A stretch of 63,712 nucleotides of DNA from Chiloscyllium plagiosum. Its lineage: Eukaryota. Within the stretch, counting starts at the first letter, position 1. Each line of letters starts with the position of its first letter. The stretch covers positions 22,652,252-22,715,963 of the forward strand of contig NC_057719.1 in the NCBI RefSeq assembly GCF_004010195.1, written 5' to 3'. Made by a program: the position numbers and the translations under genes. Below are positions 35,595 to 48,957 of the stretch, one piece after another. The notes below the pieces were generated by a model that was not told the DNA's origin, searched no databases, and worked only from the letters and a program-made list of their open reading frames with translations.

Positions 35595-36650
35595 CTTACT
35601 TAGTGTTGGGGGTAACTTTATGAGTTATCATGGAGGATTTGAAAACTAGTAAAAGGCAGAGTGTGGTGATAAGGGGCCCGTTTTCAGGCTGACGATCTGT
35701 AAGCTGTGGTGTTCTACAAGGGTCAATGCTGGAGCCACAGTTATTAATAATGATGTGTATAGAAAAATTATTGTACAATAACCAAGTTTGCAGATTATGA
35801 CACAAAAGTAGGTGGAAAGGCAGTTGGTGAGGATGACGCAGTCTGCAGAGGGATACAGTCAGTTTGAGAATGGGCAAAAACGTGGCACATGGAATGTGGG
35901 AAATGTGAGGATATGCATTTTTTTTAGCAAGAAGAATAGAAGAACTGAATATTATTTGAGTGCAGGAAGATACAGATAGATTTGGGAGTCCTTGTCCAAG
36001 AATCACATAAAAATCTAGCATCCAAGTTCACTGTGTAATAGGGAAGACAAATGGATTGTTGGCCTTTACTTCAAAGATAATGGACTGTTATGTGAGGAGG
36101 TTTTGTTAAATCTCGTGAGGGTATGAGTCAAATCATGCATGGAATATTGTGAACAGTTTGGGCTCCCTTATTTAAGGAAAGATACGTTGCATCCTAAAGA
36201 AGATTCATTGGGCTCATTTCATTTGTGGAGAAACTATCTTCTGTAGAGAGGTTGAATAGATTGAGAATTAACTTTTTGGAATATAGAAGCATAAGATGTG
36301 ACCTCATTGAAACATACATAGTTCTTAGTGAATTTGACAAGGTAGACACGGAAATGTTGCTTCCCTACGTGGGAGAATCTGAGGGCATAATCTCAATAAG
36401 GCATTTTCACATTTTAGTGCAGATCAGTAAGTTCTCCTCAAAGGGTTGTGTAACTATGGCAACCTTCACCCCAGAGGGCTGTTGACTCTAGTTATATTCA
36501 AACAGAGGCTGATTTTAGTCTGCAAGGGAATCAAGAGTTCTGGGGGAAAAGGTAGGATATTGGAGTTGAGGATTATCAGATCGACATGATCTCATTGGTG
36601 GAGCATACTAGATTGAACGGCCAAATTCTGCTCCTATGTTGTTTGGTCTT
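35595..36650 (+). mobile_element. Old CR1 RT to 3' end
   Basis: GVLQGSMLEPQL, KFADYDTK-like and RCDLIETY motifs, followed by a CR1 tail. Confidence 0.8.
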
Positions 36651-37480
36651 AAAGAAGGAAAGCAATGTAGAGAGGTGTGGGGAAATAATTTCCATCTTGA
36701 CTCCTTGCATCTGAAGACACAGCCACCAAGAGGAGAACAATACTTACAAACGTCCAAAAGACCAGAATTTGATAAACACAGGCATCTTTGAAGGTCATGG
36801 AGTTCGAAGAGATTAAGAGATAGGGAGGGAGAAGGTCATGGATGGATTTGAAAATGAGAATAAGAATCTTCAAATCAAGTTGCTGTTTGACTACGAGCCA
36901 ATGTCAGTGGGTGAAAGTAAGGTTAATAATGGGACTGGACTTTGTGTAAGTTAAGTCGTGGGTGGCAAAGTTTAGATGACTTCAGTTGATGGAGGGTAGA
37001 ATGTGGGAGACAACTAGTAATATGTTGAAGTAGTCCATTCTGGAGGTTACAAAGGAAATGGTGAGAGTTTCAGTAACACATGCCGAACAGCTTAATTACA
37101 GAACTTGAAATAAGTGCTCGTAGTCATGGCACTTAATTTTATAAACTAATTGCTGCATCAGAATTGACACCAAGGTTGGAAATGAAAAGGTTTAATTGCA
37201 GACTGTTGTCATGGAGTGGAATAAAGGTCTTAGCAAGGGAACAACATTTGGATTGGGAACCAAAAACAATCATTTCTGTCTTGCCAAGTGGAGGAAATTT
37301 CTGCTCATTTGTTACTTCATGTCAGCTAAGCAATCTGGTAACCCAACAAGTGGATGAGTCCAGGCAGGTGATGGTGATGTAAAGTTGGAATGATAACATT
37401 TGAGTGTTACTATGAAGACAAAGGCTTGGCAAGGAAAAGCTTTGTTGAATATAATGGATAAGTAACCTCCAAAGCACATA
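36650..37480 (-). mobile_element. L2-type LINE fragment (probably continues at about 35420-35540)
   Basis: ORF 36649..36873 reads KILILIFKSIHDLLPPYL, similar to the L2 ORF2 C-terminal FKILLLVFKSLHGLAPPYL motif. Confidence 0.65.
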
Positions 37481-37589
37481 CCTGGCAAAGATGTCAACGT
37501 TGAAACTCACATGTCCCATTTGATCTAGAATAGAATATATTCAACTGCAGGCCACATGAGCAGCTGGTTGTCTCAAATACTTACTTGAT

Positions 37590-38050
37590 GCATGCAAAAG
37601 GCAGCAGAAAAATAAAGTCACTATAGTCCTACCGGATAACAGAGCAGCACTCTCATTAGAGAGAGTTTAGATTAGAGTGGTGCTGGAGAAGCACAGCAGG
37701 TCAGGCAGCATCTGAGGAGCAGGAAAATCAACATTTCGGGCAAAAACCCTTCATCAGGGATGGAGCATCTGATGAAGGGCTTTTGCCCAAAACGTCGATT
37801 TTCCTGCTCCTTGGATGCTGCCTGACCTGCTGTGCTTTTCCAGTACCACTCTAATCTAATCTCTGGTTTCCAGCATTTGCAGTCCTCACTTTTGCCTCTT
37901 ATTAGAGAGAGGCAAGATTTGGTAGTTTATCCTGAGGGTCACCATGCCTGAGGCGAAGGGGAAAGTTGAGAAGAAGAATCCTTCATGATAATCTCAGCTG
38001 GAATTGAACCCAGTCTATTGGCATCACCCTACATTGTAAACCAACCAATA
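37590..38050 (-). mobile_element. Non-HE1 tRNA-derived SINE, interrupted by a PLE hairpin
   Basis: Minus-strand B box GGGTTCAATTCC at about 37999-38010. Confidence 0.55.
37666..37895 (+). mobile_element. Fold-back mini Penelope-like element
   Basis: Inverted arms of about 90 bp. A 16 bp TSD CTCT(C/T)ATTAGAGAGAG lies at 37650-37665 and 37896-37911. Confidence 0.88.
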
Positions 38051-38767
38051 GATTTAGTTACATGCATACAAAATACAGTGAAAAATGTCTTCTGTCATGC
38101 AAAACGCAATGGTACCATTCTCCAGAACCATCTTGAATCACTGAACATAATGCAAGATTTTCCTACAATAGAGTTCATTTTTCCCTCTTCTTGTAACTCT
38201 CAGTTCTCCTCCATTCACTGCTTGACATCGACCATGGTCTCTGTAACAGCCTCCGGGGTCTCTGTTATGGGCCTGCCTCCATCATCACTGCCCCTCCCAT
38301 AATCGCCATATCTGACCTGGAGCCATGGGCCTCATCTCAAGCCTCTTGCTTCCCCTCTGATGCTCCCACAGGCACTGCCGCTGGTCATCAATTGATAGGA
38401 TCCTGGCTCCAGGCTTCCTCACTGCTGACCCTGAAGTTCCTGCAACCTTATTGGCAAAGCTAGCCATGGATCTGGGGCCACATGGGGCCCAGCCACAGCA
38501 CTGCCTGGTGAAGATGTGTGAGATGGTGTGGATGTGGCCAGCTCCACTCTGCCCGTGAGCTGCTGAGAGCTGGGCTCAGGAGCCAAATGCTGCCAACCCT
38601 ATCCTCAGTACTAAAGGTGAAAGAAGCAAAAAGAATAATAGGTTAGGTCATAATAATTTATGGTAAGAGTAGTTGTAATTCAGCTCATTGCTATCATTAA
38701 TCAGCATCTTATCATTTTTACAGAGTAGATCTTAACTCAAATGATCAACCACCCTGACATGTGCCAG

Positions 38768-38957
38768 GCTGGAGTTTTCCTTTGACTGTGGTCCCAGTGC
38801 TCCTGGTTTGTTCGAGATCTCATTAAGATCAGTTGTTAACCCTCTCCACAGGATAGATTTTCAAATCACCACCTGACTGTGAAGCTGGCATTATTGATCT
38901 GCGGCCTGCTGTTGCAACCCTTCACTTCTCATTTCTACAGAAATGAAAATCAGGCCA
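38768..38957. mobile_element. Possible small MITE
   Basis: Imperfect inverted ends GGCTGGAGTTTTC ... GAAAATCAGGCC. Confidence 0.3.
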
Positions 38958-39744
38958 TTTCAACAATGGTGGTTCACGTACAGTGCCAAACGAATAGTTG
39001 GCTGGTAACTTGGTGTTGGCAGTTATAAGTACGATTCAGGCTTGATGCTGTTGATTTAGATGCATTTGTCTGTTGTTTTCACAGGCAAAGCCCAAAGTTG
39101 ATATCCGATTTCTTGTGCAATGTTATGCCATGGCAAACCAATCTCCAATTTCAAGGTACTTAGTCAGTCGGCTGCCTCAAGCTTTTTGACAAGCATTCTT
39201 ATGAGACCACAGTTGAGCCTGCAATTGAATATAAGTTGCAAAGGTATTGACAAGAAAGCAGAAATCTAACGATGCAGTTTGAATGTCTGGCCACAGAGGT
39301 CAATTAGCAATTAATTTGCTAATTGTATCCACCTTAACAAATGCATTCAATTAGATTAAGTGAGTGATGGAATGATTTTGTGTAATGGAAACTAGCCCAC
39401 AAGACGGATCATTTCTATTGAACAAGCTAGATGTTCTGGCTTTTGTGCAATTTAGTCATAACTACTTACAAAACACATGCAGATTCACCTATCGTTTAAC
39501 AATGTGATTGTATTTAAATTTTTCAATGTCGATTCATTGTCATAAGTAATATAGCTGGAGGTTCTAGTAGTTGGCTTAATGGACTGACTGAGTAATTGCA
39601 ATTCAGGTGAAATTTGAAGGGAAATGACCTCTTAAAGGGAGAAGGGCAAAACTAAACCTAAAGTTTAAAAACTTTTCAAACCCAAAGTTGAAGGCAGTGA
39701 AATTGCTACAACTGAACTAAAAAGAAACTCAGTATGCAGACAGG

Positions 39745-40352
39745 AAATCTGCTGATGGTAAAATAGGTTTATAGAATGCTTGCCTTCATTTGAAGGGGTA
39801 TTGAGTGCATGGATAGACAAATTATGCTGCAGATTTATTAAACTTTAATTAGGCTACACTTAGAATATTGTGTATTGTTCTGCTCACCGCACTACCCGAA
39901 GGATATGGATGCTTTGGATAGGGTTTACCAGGATGTTGCCTGTTATAGGGGATCTTAGTTATGAAAAAAGGTTGGATCGACTCGGTTTGTTTTCATTGGA
40001 ATGCAGGAGCTTGAGGGGTGATTTGACAGAAGTCTATAGGATTGTGAATGGCATGGATATAGTGGATTATGAGGGGATAGAGGTTGAATGTGCAAGGGAA
40101 GGGACAAGGAGTTTAAGAGATGTGTGAGGCAAGTTTTTCACAATGAGTGGTGAGTGTCTGAAACGTGCTGCCACAGGAGGCAGTATTCAAAAAACACCTG
40201 GATGAATACATGAATAGGAAGGGACAAGAGGGATACAAATCCTATAAGTGAAGACAGTTTTAGTATGGAAGGGAAAAATGTAGCAGCACAGGTTTGGAGG
40301 GCCAAAGGACCTGTTATTGTGCTGTGTTGTTCTTTGAATGACTCTATGGTCA
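39745..40352 (+). mobile_element. CR1 3' fragment
   Basis: ORF 39870..40127 reads FTRMLP...RLDRLGLFSLECRSLRGDL. Confidence 0.85.
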
Positions 40353-41780
40353 CAACATGAAGCCTGAAAATTATCCACCAGCAAAGACATTCAGGGCCAC
40401 CATCACTTTTTCTGAACCATTAGCATTTGCCATTCTCCTATGCAGTTCGAGGCTATCTCCCAGGCAGCAGACCACAATGAGACAAAAGAGACACACAGTG
40501 GCCAGGGAAAGCCTCAATCTCCATGGCACTATGGCTCAGCCATTTACAAATAGTTCTGTTTAATCCTGTAAATACAGCTGGATGCACAATGCTTCATGGC
40601 CCATCTCTGAGAATCCAACATCCCTTTTTCTGCTGTCCCTTCACCTTGGGCATTTGGAGAGAATGATATTGCTTCCTGCACTTGAGTTTCTGCCCTTCTT
40701 CCTCTTCTGGCTCTACTCTTCCTCAATTTAGCTGGTGTTTCCCAAAGACAATCTATCACCTTTCTCAGAGTAGCACATGGCATAATATGTAGATGAGACA
40801 TGACTTTGACAATTGTGCAACTTTCAAGCTTCACATTGCTGCTAAACTTCTTCTCAGAAACTTTCACATGTATAAGTAGACAAAATCATTAAAGATATAG
40901 CACTGATCCTACAGTTGGTTTTCAATCTGCCCTGACAAAGCAATAAATTAAAAATTGAGTTCCTCATCTTGCAACATTCACACCTATTGGCTGTTTATGA
41001 CTGAGTGAACATTTTATTGGAGTTGATTAGACTCTTCATGATCTTAAATGCTCTTTAACAGTCACTTTCCAAATGGTGGGAGGTTGGAGGGCCATCCACC
41101 CTACATATTATTGATATTGCAGCGTGTGAACATTGAGAATGAGGTCAGGCATAATCATCTTGGATAAAGCATCAACTTGAAACTGAGAATTGACCCAACC
41201 AGATAAGGAATACCCCCAGCCAGATATTTCATATGAAGGAATGTTAACCCAATGCTTTGTTAAGACTCAAACTTATGGTTTCTACTTATCATGCCACTTA
41301 TTGTCTGACAATTTCCATGTGGTCACACATTCTGCTTTTATGAGGCATCTCCCAACTCAATTAATGTTGTTAACTCCATTCCCTTTCAAAATATAAGCTT
41401 ACTTAAATCTAGGAGAAAATTATCCACAATTGAAGACAATGGTTTCAACTTAACCGTGTTACAATAACTAATGGGATGGGTCAGAAAGAAGGAGAACCAG
41501 TTAATCCCTTTTCACCCTGGAACTTAATAGTTTGAAATCATCTGTCTAGAACTGTAATGAACCAGGGTCTAGTTGAAGCAATGTTGTCATAATAGTGAGA
41601 GTCACTAGTGCCCAAGAACTGATCTGGGTTAGTCATATAAACTCTATGGCTACAAGGGCAGATCAGAAGAAAATAGTTCTGCCCAAGTAACTCACACTTG
41701 ACTCCCAAAAGCCTGTTCACATCTGCAAGATATAAGTTAGGAGGGCGATGGCAAAATCTTGACTTCCTGGATGAATGGAG

Positions 41781-41822
41781 TTCCAACAATGTTCAAGAAG
41801 CTTCCAACAATGCTCAAGAAGC
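41781..41822 (+). repeat. 21 bp tandem duplication
   Basis: TTCCAACAATG(T/C)TCAAGAAGC occurs twice. Confidence 0.85.
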
Positions 41823-41902
41823 TTGCTGCTATCCAGACAGCCTTCCATCATACCACTTCATTCTCTGTTTTACTGCTCTAAACCTCCCCTTTCTCTAAAT
41901 GC

Positions 41903-42783
41903 AATAAAGACATAGTCCCCCTTGTCCTCACCTACCACCCCACTAGTCTCCAAATCCAACTCATCATCCTTAAGCACTTCCGCCAACTCCAACTAGACTC
42001 CACCCCTCTCTGCCTTCCTTTTGCCAATATTTTGGTCGAACCACTCTCCCCACCAACCCCTCCGAACCCCCAAGTACCTTTCCCTGCAACCATAAAAGAT
42101 GCAAAACCTACTGGCACACCACACTTCTCAAATCCATCCAGCACCCCAAACAGCCCTTCTGGGTGAGACAAAGTTTCATCTGCCTCTCCTCCAACCTAGT
42201 TTACTGCATCAGGTGCTCCCTCTGAGGTCTTCTCTACATCGGGGAGACCAAACATAAACTTAGGGAACGGTTCACCGAGCATCACAGCCGGGCTGCAGGG
42301 GCTGACCGGACCTCCCAGTCACCACCCATTTTAATTCCCCTTCCCACTCCCTTTCTGACATGACCATCATTGGCCTCCTTCACTGCCACAGCAAACCAAA
42401 CTGCAAATTGGAGAAACAATACTTCATCTTCCGCCTGGGCAGTCGATAGCCCAGAGGACTCAACATTGAGTTTGCCAATTTCAAATATTCTCCCTTCCCA
42501 TTCCCTGACTCCATTCACAGTCCCTCCCCTTCCCTTCCATTCCTCTCAGGTACCTACCGGATTCATCCCTCCTATCGACCAACCAGGTCATACCCTGTGC
42601 CTGTTTTCATTTATCCTTACCTGCCCCTTACCTCTTTATCTGTAGCTCCCCCTACTCCCACACACAATCCTGAAAAAGGATTACACCTGAAACATCAACT
42701 CCTCTACCTCCTGATGCTGTCTGGCTTGCTGTGTTCACCCAGCATCCTGCTCGTCTACCTTTGATTCCAGCATCTGAAGCATT
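41903..42783 (+). mobile_element. Penelope-like element (Neptune-like): Cys linker, GIY-YIG and pLTR
   Basis: Reads VPLVLTYHP...TFPCNHKRCKTY...NLVYCIRCSL*GLLYIGETKHKLRERFTEH, with a decayed HHR at 42670-42696. Confidence 0.88.
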
Positions 42784-42789
42784 AATGTC

Positions 42790-43210
42790 ACTATCCAGAA
42801 CAAAGGAGCCAATTTGATTGGCATTCCCTCCACTATTAATGCTCAATAGCACCAGTGTACCATCTACAAGATGCACTGGAGAAATTTACGAAAGCTCCTT
42901 TACACCACTTTCCAAACTGATGGCCACTACAATTTAGTAGAACAAGAGCAGCAAATACATAGGAATACCATCACCTGCAAGTTCCCCTCAAGACATTCAC
43001 CATCCTGACTAGGTACTACATCAATATGTCTTCAATCTTGTTGGGACAAAATCCTGCAACCCTCTGCAATTTGGGTGTACCTACACGAAATGAAGTGTAG
43101 CAGTTCAAGAAGGTAGCTAACTACAACCAGCTTTTGTGCAACTGGGATGGACAATGACTATTGGTTGAACCAGTTGGAGTCCAAATCTCATGGCTGAATA
43201 AAAAGAAGAT
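42790..43210 (+). mobile_element. LINE 3' end (second family)
   Basis: TACCATCTACAAGATGCACTG...CACCTGCAAGTTCCCCTC...GTTCAAGAAGG, shared with about 53040-53330. Confidence 0.65.
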
Positions 43211-43439
43211 TAAAAAGTAACATAAAGTTGTCGTGCTTTGATTCATCTTGACATTTGGTAATGAAGAAAAGGTATTGACCATTACATGGTATTGACATGT
43301 AAGATGTGTGATTTATATCTATATGTATATAATTTATATTTCTTTTAATTTTAGTGTTTGGATTTGGAATGAATGGCATTTGGGTTTTGATCTATGCGTA
43401 TGATGGAATTTAATGATTAACTTTTCAGTATTTCTGGAG

Positions 43440-44165
43440 ACATGATGTTTAAATCAATATGAGAACGGGCTCCTGGGGTGAGAATGGGATTCTTTTTTGC
43501 ATTAGGAGAATTTTATGAGTGAACTGACTGAAAGTTGAAAAATAATAAATAATTTTCTGACAGAAGAATATATATTCATTCTGTTTAAGTTTTTTTTCAG
43601 TTCACAGCAGTTCTGATTGAAGTTAGTTGTGTGAACAGTTTCTCCTGAAAGAATGAAGAAAGTGTTCTCAAAAATAATGAAATGTGTTACCTCAGTGTAA
43701 AGATTTTAGTTTGAAAGTATTGGACTAGAAGATATTGGTTTGTACTCTAAAGGGGTTATTAAAACTGAGAAAGTCTAAGCTCAGTTGTGTGACTAATCAA
43801 CATAAAAGGACATTAACTCCTTAAGACTGTGAAATAAAGAAAACAAATCAGTCAAGCCTATAGATGTGATGCAGAAGGGAATTCTCTCTGGTGTATGAAT
43901 ACTGTAATGTGATCATGTTGGGGTAGCTGGGAATATAGTTTATCATGTGTTTTATCATATTTCAAATTGTGTTTTTAAATAATTTGGTTTATTCTATCTT
44001 AACTTCATTTCTTTTGATTTTTTTTTGTTAAAACAAGTCAGCAGCATTTCTTGCTTGTGTTTCAGTGATAACCCATCTTGTTAAATTTAAATAAAAAAAC
44101 TATCAGGCCAGATTTCAATCTGATATCTGTCTTGTCCAATAATAACATTAGCTGTGATCTCAACA
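43440..44165 (+). mobile_element. LTR-like element
   Basis: The 3' end TATCAGGCCAGATTTC...GTGATCTCAACA resembles 20350-20430. The left end is uncertain. Confidence 0.4.
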
Positions 44166-45156
44166 GTATGATGCTACTGGCGTTAAAAAAAACAGTGTAT
44201 AACCCAGTGACTTGTTTAATAGTCCATATTTTACTAATTACTCCTCATTAATTTTATTTCCTGTTATTATGATTTTTGGTCACATTGATACATCATTGTT
44301 TAATAGTGAAAATCATTATGTGATCATATTCAATGTTCTTGCATTAACATTGATTGTCTGCATAAATATTCAGCTTCAAATTATAAATATCAGTAAATTA
44401 TTGCTTTTAATTGTCTTTGCATGAGAGACACAACTAGCAGGCAGGAAAAATTTTAAAAAATCTGGTTGTTGCAGATGATCTTGAAACACCTATCAAACAA
44501 GAGGGGAGAAGACCTGTCAGACAGAAAGTTGCATTTGGAATGAGCTATCGATGGAAATTTTCTCTGAAGTGCATCGAATGTTTTACACTACTTCAAAGCA
44601 AATACGTCTCGTACAGACAGCCATGGAGCTGCGACAGGCCGGAGGTTTTAAAAAAGTCAGTTTATAAAAATCACAGACTTCTAACAGTCTGGGCTAATGT
44701 AGAAGGTCTGCAATTGACAGGAATCAATGAATGTAGCCAGACATTTTTTGACACTGCAGGTTACTAATTTGAAGAAGGCATTGCTCTTTCTAAAGTAAAT
44801 CCAAGATAAATAATTAATGGAGTGCCTTGTGAAATGTAAAAGATTCTAAATTCATCTTTTTTGTAAAAGCCTGAAGACCTTTGCAGCATTCTTTCATTCC
44901 TCTCTGAACTTATAAATGAATGGAAATAGGGATCCTATTTTTTTCTGAATATTATCCAATCAGGGAGATTGCAATCTGTGCAGACCATTGCCATTGGGGA
45001 ATACTGGAGTCTATAGGCAGAATTGTTTCCAGGGTATACCAGATGGTAATGAACTCTTTCAGCTGTTCCAACTATGTATGTTGGTAGCACTCTTGTCCAG
45101 GATCTAGAGCTAATGGGTTTGGAATGCCACTTCAAGATGTCACATAAATATAGGAA

Positions 45157-45424
45157 GAATGTCTCATCTTCCGCCTCGGAACACTTCAACCCCAGGGCAT
45201 CAATGTGGACTTCACCAGTTTCCTCATTTCCCCTCTCCCCACCTTACCCCAGTTCCAGCCTTCCAGCTCAGCACTGCCCTAATGACCTGTCCTACCTGCC
45301 TATCTTCCTTTCCACCTATCCACTCCACCCTCCTCTCTGACCTATCACCTTCCCTGCTGTGCTTTTCCAGCACCACTCTAATCCAGACTTAGGTTTCCAG
45401 CATCTGCAGTCCTCGTTTTTACCT
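45157..45424 (+). mobile_element. PLE 3' fragment with internal deletion
   Basis: ECLIFRLGTLQPQGINVDF end of ORF plus pLTR. The HHR-bearing segment is missing, as in 18897-19160. Confidence 0.85.
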
Positions 45425-45699
45425 TCTGACTCAGTGATGGCTATGGGCAAGATCCAGGGAGCAAGAACATATATTCAAAATTGCTTATAACCAGCACTTG
45501 CACTCCCTGTAATTTCAGACTGAAAATATTTCATGTACGATGGCTTCTCTCATCCTTATCATCTGAGCTCATCACTACAGTTTAATCCTGTCGTCTAGTA
45601 TGATGCATATTCTCCACCCCCATTAAGCTCACAGTGGTGATAACCATCGATAGCCCCTCTCTGTAATATCCTGTGGCCCCCACTATTACATCTCTCTTT

Positions 45700-46450
45700 C
45701 ACAGCCCTTGTCCCCTCTGCACCCCAGAATCATGCACGTACCCCGAGTTCTGTTGTGTTGCAGTTTTTTTTTCCATTTAAATAATATATTGTTCTTTTGT
45801 TCTCCCTTCAAAATGAACAACTTCACATTTTCTCACATTATACATAAGGTTCCAACTTTTGGCCACTTACCTAACCTTTGAATATCTCTTTGTAAAATGT
45901 TTGTCTCCCTCTGCCAACTTGCCTTTACAACAATTTCTGTGTTGTCTGCAAATTTGGCTATAGTATATTTACATCTTTCCTCCAAGTCATTAATGTATAT
46001 TGTAAAAATGTCCCTGAACTGATCCCTGTGAACCCCACTGGACACAGATCGCCAATCTGAGAAAGAACCACTTATCCCCATTTGCTGTTTCCTGTCCATT
46101 AGAAAATTCACTATCTACACCAATGTACTGCCTCTCAATCCAATATTATGACATAATCTTTTGTGAGATACCTTGTTGACTGTCGTCTGGAAATCCAAAT
46201 ACAACACATCTACTGATTCCCTATATCCACATTGATTGACACTGCCTCAAAACACTCTAATAAATTAGTCACACACAATTTCCCTTTCATGAAACCATCC
46301 TGACTCTGCTTGATTAGATTATGATTTTCCAACTGAGCTGCTATTACTTCCTTAACACTTGATTCCAGCATTTTTCCAATAATAGATGTTAGTCCGATTG
46401 CCCTATAAGTACCCAATTTTTGCCTCCTGCCTTTTTTTGAAGAGGGGTGT
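45700..46450 (-). mobile_element. CR1 RT fragment
   Basis: ORFs 45833..46111 (IAKFADNT) and 46210..46533 (YRAIGLTSIIGKMLE...GFMKGKLCVTNL). Confidence 0.85.
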
Positions 46451-46782
46451 TGCATTGATATCCTCTTGACTGATGACTGCTGACAACCACGACAAGCTGT
46501 CTGATTTTGCGTCAGCTCAAAACAGCGAGGCAAGGCAGCATCTTGAGACTCTTTAACGTTTGGCTAAGGGGAGAAAATGCATAAAGACAAGGAGAGGCAA
46601 AGCAGGAATGCCATGACCATCCAGTTTGTTGCAAACTGAGTGTGAACTAAGAGTGAGTGAGCAGCCCTGATAAGTAACCTGGTCCAATCCATAAGCTAGG
46701 TGTTTATCCCAATAAAAAAAATGACCTTGCTGCAGCATTCCAATGAGAGATATCAAAGTGCTCCAGAGTACAGACAGTGGTA

Positions 46783-47105
46783 GTACAGTGGCTCAATGGT
46801 TAGCCCAGCCGCTCATAGCACCAGGCACCCAGGTTCAATTCCAGCCTCAGACAACTGTCTGAATGGAGTTTGAACATTCTGCTTGGGTTTTTGCCAGATG
46901 CTCTGGTTTTCCCCACAGTCCAAAGATTTGAAGGTTAGGTGGATTGGCCATGCTCATAGTGTCAAAGGATGTGCAGTTTAGGTGGGGTAGCTGTGGGAAA
47001 TGCAGGGTTACAGGGATGGGGTAGTTGGTGTGTCTGGGTGGGATCCTCTTCGTAGGATCAATGTGAACTTGGGCTAAATGGCCTGTTTTCACACTGTAAG
47101 GAATC
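46783..47105 (+). mobile_element. HE1 SINE
   Basis: A box TGGCTCAATGG, B box GGTTCAATTCC, HE1 body and tail. Confidence 0.85.
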
Positions 47106-48957
47106 TATTGTACTGTGCTATGATGATGTGGTGAGGCTGGTACACATCTGATGCCAATATCAATAGCTGAGGGGAGTGTACAGTCACTATTCATGGAATG
47201 TGCCCTGAGATGTTGGTGCTGGGTGTCTAAGATAGAGATTTGGAAGAGTAGGTGGGGAGTTGGAGTCACGAGGTACCTGTTCAGACTTTCATGTCAGAAA
47301 TTCTTGGGATTTAGTTTCTATTGGGAATCAGGGAGAATGGAAGCCTGCATATTAATGAGCTGAGTTTAATTAATACTGTTGGTGATAATGAGTAATAATC
47401 CCTGATAATATTTTATTTCATCCCTTATATGGATCTCTTGATCCCATGTGTAGCAGTTTGGAGATATCTAGACTAAAAGGATCAAAATTCCATCTGAATT
47501 TTCTTTTTACCCTTGCCCATCACCATGCTGTCCAGAGGGAAATAAATGATCCTCTCTCTGCACCATCTCACCAGCCAATGTGGAATCTAATGAATGAGGA
47601 ATAAGTGCCCACATGTAAAATTTCACTCATACAGAAGCACTAAAGAAAAAACAATGACTAGAATGTAACCTTTTACATTGTGCAGAAAATAGATTAATTC
47701 ACAACATGAAGCAAGGATAATCACGTATATAGTTGAGACCGAAACAAAAATTAGCATTGGAGTGATTCCAATTAAATTGTGAGCAGAAAGATTGAATCTA
47801 AATCAGTAGTTATGGGCTTAATTTAGAGGGCTGAATTATAATTGAAAGGGATGGATATTTAGAAAAGCTTTTTAAAACATAGTCACTCATGCATTTTAAT
47901 TTCTAAATTCTGGTGTGTAAGTTGCTGGGAGAACGTACCTTGTTCCAGGCAGGAACATAATTCAAATGCACAGTCAGGCTGATGTTTTCAATGAAAGAGC
48001 AAAGTATAGATACAGTGGAATCATAAATTAAAGAGTTTGCACTTTCTTTGAAATGAAAAAAACCATAAGGCATTGAATTGACTATTATCTATTCTATTGT
48101 AGTCAGTATTATGCAAACATCAATGACAGAGGTGGCGTTTTGGAAAGATCAAAGGAGTCTCTTTTTATGACTGGTGTTCACAGCTCCAAACCCTTAGCTG
48201 CTATCAAAATTATCCTTAACATAATGATTTTACACTTCTTTGAATGGCATAGTACAACTGAAGTGATTTGAAGCTTCAAAAAGCTGTGTTGTGAAATGGC
48301 AGTCACAGGTTGGCAAATGTGACTACCCATGTGATGTGCCAATATTTGATGTGCTATCATGAGGCAACACTGAGAGCAGATTAGACAGATCTTGCCTTGG
48401 ATCATTCTGCACACCACATTGATTCATGATAGATTGGCACAGGCAGAAGGTTGGAGCAGGTGCTCTGCACACCCTGCAGCTGACCATTAACTGGCGAGGC
48501 ATACTTTATTAAAAGTGGAATGACAGAAAAATAAATATCATGTTACACCACATTCTACTACATAGGAAATACAACACTAAAAAAATTAGCCCTTTCAGAA
48601 AAACTGGCCAAGCTGATGTTTGTGCTCGATTCAACCCTCCCAACATTCTATCTGCTGGACTGCATCCTTTCAAAGTATTTTTCTCATCTTATTTTCCCCG
48701 ATGCACTCACCTGCTTGCCTTTTGAAACCTTCTTTGCCATTTGCCTCAAAGATTTTGTCCAACAGCAGAAGAAGAAACAAAAAGTATGTACAGGAAAAAT
48801 AAAGGCAGTCCCTTGTTTTGGAACTAAAACTTAAGGAGCATAATGATTCCAAGATGCGAACAATGTTCAGCACAGTGAACAGTTTCAGCTCCTTCCCTAT
48901 GGAATATGATGATGATGATAATGTGTGGCAACAAAATGGCAAACACGGTGGCAAAAT

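Noticed and set aside
39085..39156. Possible plus-strand exon (TTTTCACAG ... AAG/GTACT)
   Set aside because: The donor is weak, the translations resemble no known protein and no partner exons were found.
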